64,000 bases of DNA from Candidatus Obscuribacteraceae bacterium (lineage in GTDB: Bacteria > Cyanobacteriota > Vampirovibrionia > Obscuribacterales > Obscuribacteraceae): positions 128,001 through 192,000 of the forward strand of contig JBGAHS010000003.1 in assembly GCA_044226015.1 (NCBI GenBank), given 5' to 3'. Made by a program: the position numbers and the translations under genes. Under the pieces are notes generated by a model. That model made no database searches, was not told where the DNA came from, and was given only the letters and a program-made list of their open reading frames with translations. Position 1 is the first letter of the stretch; each line of letters begins with the position of its first letter. This document shows, piece by piece, positions 30,998 through 39,766 of this stretch.

Positions 30998-31798
30998 ATG
31001 AGTAGCAGGACAGCACAGATGAACAAGAAAGAAACCAAAGTAATGCTGCTTCTGGGGCTTAGCGTCCTGTGCACCCTCAGTCAAGCAGACCATGTTCTGG
31101 CTGAGGAATCGGCTGCCAAGACCGCCGCGAGTGAGATTGAAATGCTTGTGCTACCAACATCGCGATATTCCTTTGCGGCAATGAATTATCCCAAAAGTAC
31201 TCAATGGACTGGTTTGTACTTGAGCGGTAACGCAGCGAAACTTGAACGCACCACAGTAAGAAGCAAACCTACAAAAGTGAATTCATACGATGAAGGCAAA
31301 GTAGCAGCGCAAGAACTTACAATCACGGGGCGTAAAAACATTCCGTTATGCTTGCTGCGCGGACTTCCACAATTGAAGCCGGGAAACATCAGCAGATTCT
31401 ATCCGCTAGGAAGAAATAAACCGACAGCTACTGGTCCACGATCTGGATTCGAAATAAAAATCGATGCTCATCGGGGGAATCGCTATTCGCTGAAGGCAAG
31501 TGAAAAAGACAATTTCATCAGCTACTGGCTCAAAAAAGGAAACAAACAACAGCTACTTCAGAAGTTCGAGATTGACCCAGTTGCTGGGAAAGATGGCATG
31601 GCGTGCAGAGATCAGATTATTCTCTTGGCTGGCGATCTCGACATGGATGGAAAGGCTGATTTTCTAACAGCGTTCAACACTCGCACGGGAGAGGGTATTT
31701 CAACTCAGCTCTATCTTTCCAGCAAAGCAAAGGCTGACGAGATTGTGGGGCTAGCAGCAGAATTTAATTACTGGCCGCCAGACAACCCGGGTTGCTAA
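30998..31798 (+). CDS. Secreted hypothetical protein
   Basis: Signal-peptide-like segment; C-terminal LAGDLDMDGKADFL (FG-GAP/Ca-binding-like loop). Confidence 0.75.
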   Translation: MSSRTAQMNKKETKVMLLLGLSVLCTLSQADHVLAEESAAKTAASEIEMLVLPTSRYSFAAMNYPKSTQWTGLYLSGNAAKLERTTVRSKPTKVNSYDEGKVAAQELTITGRKNIPLCLLRGLPQLKPGNISRFYPLGRNKPTATGPRSGFEIKIDAHRGNRYSLKASEKDNFISYWLKKGNKQQLLQKFEIDPVAGKDGMACRDQIILLAGDLDMDGKADFLTAFNTRTGEGISTQLYLSSKAKADEIVGLAAEFNYWPPDNPGC

Positions 31799-32224
31799 CT
31801 CGCTGATGGTAGCTGCAAAAGAATCCAAAGGACTAGTGAGGTATTTTGCAGCCTGATTCTTGGAAAATCCCAAGTCAGCTTGGATTTGCACTAATTTAGA
31901 GCGAGTCGCTATAGAATAATCATACTCTTTGAGAAATTGTATCCTCGATACGTAATTGAGAAAACAGGTTTTCGAGGTATTCTTCTTGCGTTTCATTTTT
32001 CATAAGTTGCTTCTTCAAAAGAGGTTGATTTTGAGATAATGGTTCTTTTTTGCATTCTGAGCGGGAATGTCTCCATCGCTACTTCTCACCGTTGGAATGT
32101 TTTTCCTTTTTGTGCTTTAGCTCTTCGAGCTCTTTCAGGTTCATTGTCGAAGCCTCAACCTGACGGCGACCATAAATTTGGAGAGCAGCAGAGAATCGTT
32201 TAAGTGGTACTGGTTTTGTATTGC

Positions 32225-33187
32225 CTACGACTCAAACTTCTTCAATGCGGCCTCGGCCATGGAAATCAATTGCCTGGCGCCGTATTTTTGCTCCTCTCGC
32301 CGTTGCAAGATTTGCCTGTAGCTTCTTAATTCCAGAGGACTTCTGCTGCGAGCTGGTCGGAGGAGTTCATCTATGGCTTCCTCTGATAACAGCGGCAGAT
32401 TCGCTTGCCCACGATACTGCTCTATCAGCTCAAGTAGTTGCTCCTTTGTCACACATTCTTGAACCTTCAACATACAACTTCGATCGTTGCATTTCCTTTC
32501 AAAATCCGATTTGTCGTAAGCATCAATCAAGTCAGTACATCGCCTTATTATTCTGTCGAGTTCAGACGCTTGAAAGGCTCTCTCATTCCTACAAGACTCC
32601 GTACCTTGGCTACCTTGTCTTTGATACTCATAGTATCGATTCATCCACATTGTCGTCGACGCCAAAGTGGACACAAGCTCATGTTCCATTCTGAAAATCT
32701 GCACTGCTAGTTTTGCCAATTCATCAGAGCTTTCTGCGGTAAGAGCCTCATCAATCTTCTTGAGTAGACAAAATGACTCGATAAAATCAAATCTCTTTGA
32801 ATAATAATGAACACTACGCCATATACCCAACAATGTTTCAAGCGATGCCGATTCACAAGCTTCAATGAAGTCATTGGACTTCAAGTAAATCAATTTCATG
32901 CGACTGAGAGTTTCAGAACTTGGCGGACTATGGCTACAGCTTTGTGTAGAAAGGGTTATCCGAGCCGCCTGCCTAATCGATTTGACCCTGAAAAGTAGCT
33001 CTCCAAGTTTATCTCCTTCACTTTCGCTGATTGTTCTGAGCTTGAGGATTTGTTCTTCGATATTGAAGGAACTGATGCAATCGAGGTCAGTCAATAGCTT
33101 GTTACCAATCCGAGCGAGCTCGGAGTCAGTCAATTGTTTGATCGTTTGCGGTTGCTGTGTTTCATTTGCTTCCAAAGGATCTTCCAT
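32225..33187 (-). CDS. Hypothetical helical protein
   Basis: 320-aa ORF, E/L/R/S-rich; no recognisable motif. Confidence 0.6.
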   Translation of the reverse strand: MEDPLEANETQQPQTIKQLTDSELARIGNKLLTDLDCISSFNIEEQILKLRTISESEGDKLGELLFRVKSIRQAARITLSTQSCSHSPPSSETLSRMKLIYLKSNDFIEACESASLETLLGIWRSVHYYSKRFDFIESFCLLKKIDEALTAESSDELAKLAVQIFRMEHELVSTLASTTMWMNRYYEYQRQGSQGTESCRNERAFQASELDRIIRRCTDLIDAYDKSDFERKCNDRSCMLKVQECVTKEQLLELIEQYRGQANLPLLSEEAIDELLRPARSRSPLELRSYRQILQRREEQKYGARQLISMAEAALKKFES

Positions 33188-33504
33188 TGTCTAAAACTCA
33201 CTAGTGGTGTATGGTCCTCGGTAGCTCGTAACTACTTGCAGGATGGCGGCTGTTCTTGATACTGCCTTTCTAAAGTCAAAGGAACTCTTTACCCTAGTTG
33301 TGTTTCTAAGCAGAGTTTCGCGAGCTAGCAGAGAAGGAAGCGATACATCGGTAATCAAAAGCCATTCATCGCCAGCATGAGAGACACAACTCTTTCGTCT
33401 CGCTATGCCATCCCCAAAGTAACCTTGCAAATGCTTCAAGCTAAGCATGTTCTCTACCACTGTGACACTCTTGTCGGCAGCATGCTTTTGCATCCAGAGT
33501 GCTG

Positions 33505-34311
33505 CTAATATGCAAAGCCTGGTGCAGGACCAATAAATTTCCATTTGCCATTTTCGTTCTTCTTCCATTCTCGGAGGTCAATTGGATTAGGATGATATCT
33601 AGTTCCTGCAATTCGCCACCTTTCTCTTGCCTCCTCGTGATGACCAAGTTCTTCCAGGGCTATAGCAAGCGCTTCGTGGGTTCCGTGTCCACAGTGTTGC
33701 TCCCTGATCGACGACTCGAGCGGTGCTATCGCTTCCAGGTAGCGCTCCTCACTAACTAAGCTGATTCCTAGAATTCGGCAAGCTTCTTGGTCTAAGCCAC
33801 ACAGAATACTAATCAGTTGCTCAGCCGCTTCTTTAAAGCGGTTTTGATGAAAGAGCCTTATTCCATAAGCATACCTCAAACAGACTTCGTGCTGAGGAAA
33901 CTGGTCTAGTAACTCCCGATATAGAGCAAAGATCTGTTCTTTTGCTTCGGTGTTATTTGCTCCGTTTTCCTCGTACTCAGCTGACCAGTACGAGTTCACA
34001 AGAATGAATCGAGCAGAGAACTCGCCTCGATCCATGACGACAATCTGTTCGTACTCGCTCAGGGATTTCCAGGCATCCCCAACATCTCTATACAACTCAG
34101 CAAGAGCATACCGGTAACCAATATTTTGAGGATCTTTTTCTTTAAGTTCTAAGAATCGCGCAATGGTCCTTCTCCTTACCTCTTCGACTTCACAGTGATT
34201 TAGCAAGATCCAACCAGCTTCCTTGTCTCGAACGACAGGTTTTGGTGTAGTTAGAACTTGTATAGCTTCTTGATCCCAAATTTCATAAAAATCATCATCA
34301 TTCATTCTCAT
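33505..34311 (-). CDS. Tetratricopeptide-repeat protein
   Basis: YRYALAELYRDVGDAWKSLSEYE, LGISLVSEERYLEAIAPLE, ALAIALEELGHHEEARE; ATG 34311 with GAGGA RBS (ORF track starts 34356). Confidence 0.75.
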   Translation of the reverse strand: MRMNDDDFYEIWDQEAIQVLTTPKPVVRDKEAGWILLNHCEVEEVRRRTIARFLELKEKDPQNIGYRYALAELYRDVGDAWKSLSEYEQIVVMDRGEFSARFILVNSYWSAEYEENGANNTEAKEQIFALYRELLDQFPQHEVCLRYAYGIRLFHQNRFKEAAEQLISILCGLDQEACRILGISLVSEERYLEAIAPLESSIREQHCGHGTHEALAIALEELGHHEEARERWRIAGTRYHPNPIDLREWKKNENGKWKFIGPAPGFAY

Positions 34312-34845
34312 AGCGCAGTCCTCAAACGCCGAATTTATGCGCGAACAGCTGCACACTCGGATAAATTACTGTCGGGTATTCTCCAGCAGCTATGTATTCT
34401 GGCGGCGTAGCACTTGCGCTAATTTTCCCGGGAACGATGAGATTGCCACCAAAAATTTTGCAACCTTCGCCAATTGCAAAATACATGTGCGGCGACCATT
34501 TTGATGTGGAATCATCCACAGAGCCCCCCGACGTGTGTTCAAATGTTTCAAATTTTTCGCAGCAGAAACCGATCAACCAACAAGCAATACCTGTGGGTTG
34601 AGGACAAACATAGACTAAGTTCACCATACCCCAAGAGTGAAGACTTTTTGCTTCAAAAATGTAGGCAGTTTGCTATTGACACCAAAGCGCTGCACCAGCG
34701 TTGGCTTTTCGGAACATAAAATCTCAGCGGTGAATTTTCTGTCGGAAAACTTACGGAGCTTGCACAATCAAAAAGAGGTAACTCCTCTCAATAAATTAGA
34801 GAGTGAAAGTCCGCAAATCTCATTGCTACTTCAGTTGAAACTAGA

Positions 34846-35343
34846 TTATTCTTTGACGCCTGGCTTTTGCAATTCGAACGCATCATGGATGATTCGCGCG
34901 GCTTTTTGCGCCTGGTCTCGATTAACAACACATGTAATTTTCATTTCGCTGGAAGAAATCATCTTGATATTGATTCCATTTTTTCCCAGGGTCGAAAACA
35001 AAAGGGCGGGAATCCATGGTTGACCGCAAAGACCAGCGCCGATCAAGCTTACTTTGGCACAATCGGAGTCAGCCATAACTTCACGCGCTGAGAGTTGCGC
35101 CTTCAGAACATCCAGAATTTTGATTGTCTGCTCCAGATCAGCATCGGAAACAGTAAAGGTCATGCTGTTCAACCCAACACTCGGGTGGAACGATTGCATA
35201 ATCATATCGATTGCTATGCTCTGGTCCGCCAGCGCTTGTGTGACTTTCCCCGCTATTCCCGGTTGGTCAGGAACATCCATAATGGCAACAGAACATTGAT
35301 CTTCATCAACAGCCACACCACTAATTGATCGGAATAGTTCCAT
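34846..35343 (-). CDS. Probable nested in-frame aspartate kinase beta subunit (165 aa)
   Basis: Internal AGGAGGAGAC-ATG at codon 247, immediately before the ACT domains, as in alpha2beta2 aspartokinases. Confidence 0.7.
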   Translation of the reverse strand: MELFRSISGVAVDEDQCSVAIMDVPDQPGIAGKVTQALADQSIAIDMIMQSFHPSVGLNSMTFTVSDADLEQTIKILDVLKAQLSAREVMADSDCAKVSLIGAGLCGQPWIPALLFSTLGKNGINIKMISSSEMKITCVVNRDQAQKAARIIHDAFELQKPGVKE

Positions 35344-36081
35344 GTCTCCTCCTGCTTCGATGATAGTTCCAGTATGTTCGGGCTTAAAGGTATTGCGTAC
35401 TCGCAGTTTGACGTTGTATTGCCGAGCTAATTCCACAGAGCGCGGGTGCAAGACCTGCGCGCCCAGCCTGGCCATTTCGAGCACTTCTCCGTAAGAAATT
35501 GAAGGGAGAAGCCGAGCACCGGGTATTTTATTTGGATCAGAAGTATAGATGCCATCTACATCAGTGTAGATATCGCAATCAGCAGCGTCCAATGCGGCAG
35601 CAAGTGCAACTGCCGTGGTATCTGACCCACCTCTTCCCAGAGTGGTGATGTCACCATCGGCAGTGACTCCCTGGAAGCCCGCAACAACCAAAACATCATT
35701 ATGCTCAAAATACTCGCGCATTTTTGTACTATTAATATCAACAATGCGAGCCTTGGTGTGAACGGTTTCAGTGAAGATGCCGACCTGATTTCCAGTGAGT
35801 GATTTTGCCCTCAAACCAACATCTTTCAAAACCATACAAAGAAGTGCAATGGAAATTTGCTCACCTGTGGCAAGTAACATGTCCAGCTCTCTTTTGTCGG
35901 GCGATTCACTAGCCTGCTTTGCCAACTTCACCAGATAGTCAGTTGTGTCACCCATTGCAGAAACTACAGCGAGCACTTTTTTCGCCTTAGCTTTCTCTTT
36001 GATGATTTCAGCAACATGCTGTATACGCCCGATGTTTTTCACCGACGTTCCACCAAATTTCACTACCAAATAGGGATTCAT
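34846..36081 (-). CDS. lysC: Aspartate kinase (alpha subunit, two ACT domains)
   Basis: VVKFGGTSV, VVSAMGDTTD, VAGFQG, TLGRGGSDTTAVA, YTDVDG, GAQVLHPRSVE. Confidence 0.95.
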   Translation of the reverse strand: MNPYLVVKFGGTSVKNIGRIQHVAEIIKEKAKAKKVLAVVSAMGDTTDYLVKLAKQASESPDKRELDMLLATGEQISIALLCMVLKDVGLRAKSLTGNQVGIFTETVHTKARIVDINSTKMREYFEHNDVLVVAGFQGVTADGDITTLGRGGSDTTAVALAAALDAADCDIYTDVDGIYTSDPNKIPGARLLPSISYGEVLEMARLGAQVLHPRSVELARQYNVKLRVRNTFKPEHTGTIIEAGGDMELFRSISGVAVDEDQCSVAIMDVPDQPGIAGKVTQALADQSIAIDMIMQSFHPSVGLNSMTFTVSDADLEQTIKILDVLKAQLSAREVMADSDCAKVSLIGAGLCGQPWIPALLFSTLGKNGINIKMISSSEMKITCVVNRDQAQKAARIIHDAFELQKPGVKE

Positions 36082-36096
36082 TCACCACTCCAAACA

Positions 36097-37065
36097 CTAG
36101 TCAACACAGAACTTCAAGCCTTCCTGGTCTACACTGAGATCTAGCACACGCCCTCCCGGACATTTTTTCTCACTCCAGCAATTCAGAGCATCAACAATCT
36201 GCTGGCGATGACGTCGACAAACGATTGTGAGCACCGAAGGACCTGCACCACTTATAACAGTTCCTAAGGTTGGCAGCCCTGAGAGCTCGCGCTTAATGCT
36301 TTCCAACTCAGGAACGAGATGACTCCTGTAAGGCTCATGAAATTTATCATGCAGCGCTTCTTTCATTGCGGCTTCGTCGCAGTTTTGCACAGCCGCTAGA
36401 AGCAGCGAAACCTTTTGCACATTGTGCACAGCATCTGCCCTGGAATAAGTCGCTGGCAAAACGCTGCGAGACATCTTTGTGCTCAGAACAGCTGGCGGCA
36501 CAAATACAACGGTAGACCAGTCATCAGGCCAGTTCAGGCGCTGAGTATGTACACCACGTCCGTGGGTTCGATTTGCGCAGACTACAAGTCCACCCAATAA
36601 GCTTGCAGAAGCATTGTCAGCATGTCCTTCAATCTCACAAGCTTTCGCAAGTACTTCATCGTTTCCAACCTGTCCGCGAGAAATCGCGTAGGCCGCCCAA
36701 ATGGCTCCGGTAATTGCGGCAGCGCTAGAACCGAGCCCGCGCCCCAGAGGAATGTCTGATTCTATACCTATTCGCACGCGGTTTAGTAAATCTGAGTCTC
36801 CAAGAATATTATGAAGTACGGTGTAAATCAAATTGCTTTTGTCTGAACTCAAGGGCGCTACTGTTTTGCCCTTAAGCGTGATCAGAGGTTCAGCAGAATG
36901 CTTATCGGCAATTTTGAACTCTAGCGTGCAATAAAGTTGGTAAGCGAGAGCCAGCGCATCAAATCCGGGTCCAAGGTTGGCACTGCTTGCTGGCACACGC
37001 ACGGTCAGCCCGTGCAATACTTCACTAAATTCACTCCGTTTTCTGAACGCCAGCTCCGAGTTCAT
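36097..37065 (-). CDS. thrB: Homoserine kinase
   Basis: VRVPASSANLGPGFD, IPLGRGLGSSAAA (GHMP), EGHADN, ISGAGPS. Confidence 0.95.
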   Translation of the reverse strand: MNSELAFRKRSEFSEVLHGLTVRVPASSANLGPGFDALALAYQLYCTLEFKIADKHSAEPLITLKGKTVAPLSSDKSNLIYTVLHNILGDSDLLNRVRIGIESDIPLGRGLGSSAAAITGAIWAAYAISRGQVGNDEVLAKACEIEGHADNASASLLGGLVVCANRTHGRGVHTQRLNWPDDWSTVVFVPPAVLSTKMSRSVLPATYSRADAVHNVQKVSLLLAAVQNCDEAAMKEALHDKFHEPYRSHLVPELESIKRELSGLPTLGTVISGAGPSVLTIVCRRHRQQIVDALNCWSEKKCPGGRVLDLSVDQEGLKFCVD

Positions 37066-38126
37066 TTCAGATTCATCGCCTCTTGCAGAGCTTCCACATT
37101 AGGCGCGACCGGCGACAATTCAACCTTACAAGTCTTGAGCGCAGAGTCAGGGTCTTTCAAACCATTCCCCGTCAAAACACAGACAACAGTCGATTTCTTG
37201 TCGATTTTTCCGTTATTGATTGATTGGATCAAACCAGCTACAGAAGCCGCACTGGCCGGTTCACAAAAGACGCCTTCGGTGCGCGCGAGCAATGAATAAG
37301 CAGAAAGAATATCTTCATCAGTTACCGCGTCAATGAACCCAGAGGAATCTTGCGCAGCTGCAGCAGCCTCTTTCCAGCTAGCCGGGTTTCCAATTCGAAT
37401 CGCCGTCGCAATAGTTTCCGGGTTCGCAATGGGATGACCTAAGACCATAGGAGCCGCACCCGCAGCCTGGAACCCACACATACGAGGCAATTTCTTATTG
37501 AAGTCAGCGTTGGCAATTTTGAAACCACGCCAATAAGCACTAATATTTCCCGCATTTCCGACCGGTATGCAGAGGCAATCAGGGGCATCACCCAGCGCTT
37601 CAACCACCTCTAAAGCTGCAGTTTTCTGCCCTTCCAGGCGGTAGGGGTTGATGGAATTCACCACCGTAAGCGGAAATTTTTCGGATAGCTGACGAACCAT
37701 GTCGAGCGCCTGGTCAAAATTGCCATCAATCTGAATGACTGCAGCCCCATAGAGTATCGCTTGGGCAAGCTTGCCCAGAGCCACCTTGCCAGCGGGAAGC
37801 AATACATAACAAGCAAGCCCGGCTTTTGCCGCGAAGGCTGCGGCTGACGCACTGGTATTACCTGTAGAGGCACAAATGACAGCCTTTGAGCCTTCTTCCA
37901 CGGCTTTGCTTATCGCCATCGTCATGCCCCGGTCTTTAAAGCTACCGGTGGGATTCAGCCCTTCAAACTTGAAGTAGATTTTCAAATCAGGAGCATGAAG
38001 CGCCTGAGGAAGATTCACAGCCTTGATCAGAGGAGTGAAGCCTTCGTTCAAAGTAACAATTGGGCTATCTTTTTCCAGAGGCAAATACTGGCGATATTTA
38101 TCAATGAGCGCCTGAGAGCTGTGCAT
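37062..38126 (-). CDS. thrC: Threonine synthase
   Basis: KFEGLNPTGSFKDRG (PLP lysine), CASTGNTSASAA, PVGNAGN, EPASAAS, TGNGLKDP. Confidence 0.96.
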   Translation of the reverse strand: MHSSQALIDKYRQYLPLEKDSPIVTLNEGFTPLIKAVNLPQALHAPDLKIYFKFEGLNPTGSFKDRGMTMAISKAVEEGSKAVICASTGNTSASAAAFAAKAGLACYVLLPAGKVALGKLAQAILYGAAVIQIDGNFDQALDMVRQLSEKFPLTVVNSINPYRLEGQKTAALEVVEALGDAPDCLCIPVGNAGNISAYWRGFKIANADFNKKLPRMCGFQAAGAAPMVLGHPIANPETIATAIRIGNPASWKEAAAAAQDSSGFIDAVTDEDILSAYSLLARTEGVFCEPASAASVAGLIQSINNGKIDKKSTVVCVLTGNGLKDPDSALKTCKVELSPVAPNVEALQEAMNLK

Positions 38127-38127
38127 A

Positions 38128-39390
38128 CTAACCTCCGTAGATAGGCATACAACATGCCAGCCGCTTCAAGAATTGTCCGTTACTGAGTTCTTTAAGTGCC
38201 GCATTCATGTTCGCTTCCTTGACAGCATGAGTGATGATGATTACACACGCATGCTCATCAGCGACACCATGCTGCATAATGCTCGCAATACTGATTCCAT
38301 GATTTCCAAAAATGGTTCCGATTTTTCCAATTACACCAGGATGGTCATGGACAAACAAACGTAGATAATTAGCGCATTTCCAATCGCCAACTTCGCCCAG
38401 TTTAGCCCAATCAGGACCAATCGCAAGCTGGAAGTAACTAGCGAAATCCGGCAACTTCAGGGCAGTCGCAAGATTCACCAGGTCGCCAACAATGGCAGAA
38501 GCGGTAGGCATCTCACCTGCCCCAGGACCTATCATCATCAACTCACCCACGGCATCGCCCTTAACAACGATGCCATTGTTCGCACCAGAAACATTCGCGA
38601 GCGGATGAAGCAATGGAACCAGGGTTGGTCTCACTCGAACATCCAGATTTTCACCATTGCGAGAGGTGCAGCCCAAGAGCTTGATGCGATAACCAAATTC
38701 CGCTGCCTTCTTAAAATCTTCCGGCGCTATAGAAGTAATTCCCCGACGGTAAATGTCTTGAGGGTTTGCAAAGTGCCCGTAAGCCAAAGCAGTCAAAATT
38801 GAAAGCTTGTAAGCGACGTCATGAGCCTCAATGTCTGCCGTTGGGTCGGCTTCGGCGTATCCTAATTCTTGTGCTTTCGCCAATGCAGTTTGAAAGTCTT
38901 CACCCTTTTCTTCCATTGAAGACAGAATGAAATTGGTTGTGCCATTGAGAATACCAGTGACAGAAGAAATTTGATTAGCTTCTAGCCCTTTGTGAATGGT
39001 CGATATAAGAGGAATACCGCCCGCAACAGAAGCCTCGCAAAATATTGCCACGCCTTTGCTTGCGGCCAATTTGAAAAGTTCTGGTCCATGCTTGGCTAAA
39101 ACTTCTTTGTTTGCCGTAACTATATGTTTACGCTTTTCAATTGCACTACGCAGGAGTTCGAGTGCTGGCTGTTCGCCCCCCATGACCTCGATAATCACTT
39201 CGATTTCAGGATCGTCGACAAGTTCCATAGGATTGTTTGTCACCGAACACGGAGCCTTCACGGCTCTCTTTTTGTTGAGATCTCGAACAGCGACGCGTTT
39301 AAGCGTGATTCCCGGCGTGCCCGCTAGTAGACGGATGACACCCGTTCCAACAGTGCCAAAACCCAGCATTCCTACCACAACTTTTGCCAT
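38128..39390 (-). CDS. hom: Homoserine dehydrogenase with C-terminal ACT domain
   Basis: GMLGFGTVG, VTANK, EASVAGGIP, GILNGTTN, GYAEADPT; ATG 39390 with GGAG RBS. Confidence 0.95.
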   Translation of the reverse strand: MAKVVVGMLGFGTVGTGVIRLLAGTPGITLKRVAVRDLNKKRAVKAPCSVTNNPMELVDDPEIEVIIEVMGGEQPALELLRSAIEKRKHIVTANKEVLAKHGPELFKLAASKGVAIFCEASVAGGIPLISTIHKGLEANQISSVTGILNGTTNFILSSMEEKGEDFQTALAKAQELGYAEADPTADIEAHDVAYKLSILTALAYGHFANPQDIYRRGITSIAPEDFKKAAEFGYRIKLLGCTSRNGENLDVRVRPTLVPLLHPLANVSGANNGIVVKGDAVGELMMIGPGAGEMPTASAIVGDLVNLATALKLPDFASYFQLAIGPDWAKLGEVGDWKCANYLRLFVHDHPGVIGKIGTIFGNHGISIASIMQHGVADEHACVIIITHAVKEANMNAALKELSNGQFLKRLACCMPIYGG

Positions 39391-39431
39391 TTTCAACTCC
39401 AAATTTCGCTAGCAAAAATACGAACACTTTT

Positions 39432-39501
39432 AAAAAAGGCGGGAACATTTCCGTTCTGGAAAAGGTCGGGTGACCTGGTGGCCCGCAAAAGGGATTATCC
39501 C
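39432..39501 (-). promoter_or_regulatory. Candidate structured 5' leader or attenuator of the threonine operon
   Basis: Minus strand: GCGGG...AGGUC-ACCC-GACCU, UUUCC-AGAAC-GGAAA...CCCGC followed by CUUUUUU; preceded by a GATAAT -10-like hexamer within the palindrome GGGATAATCCC. Confidence 0.4.
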
Positions 39502-39766
39502 ATAGCAGCCTGCCTCAGCAGCTAAGCTCGTGGTCAAGCGGTTACAAGAAAAGTTGTTAAGTGGATGAAGCACAGAATATTTGCCAAAACGCCCATTTTT
39601 ACTGGATGTAAATTGCTTCAAATTCAGATCTAAGTATGTTAGTTTTGCTGGAGAAGTGGAATATATGCGGTGGTGGGCTCTCCGAACTTTTTAATTGACT
39701 TTGAGATCGGCTTGAAGCATTCTTTACATCAAGGACTTTAGCGCTCCTTTACTACGCGGATTTCTG

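Noticed and set aside
33191..33568. 125-aa ORF as a real gene or frameshifted continuation of the TPR gene
   Set aside because: Overlaps the TPR gene end, lacks motifs and has no clear slippery site; cannot be supported.
34322..35023. ORFs 34322-34627 (-) and 34637-35023 (+)
   Set aside because: No motifs; the second is largely antisense to aspartate kinase. Treated as spurious or debris.
39430..39621. 63-aa ORF as a thr attenuator leader peptide
   Set aside because: No Thr/Ile codon run, and it extends across the putative promoter.
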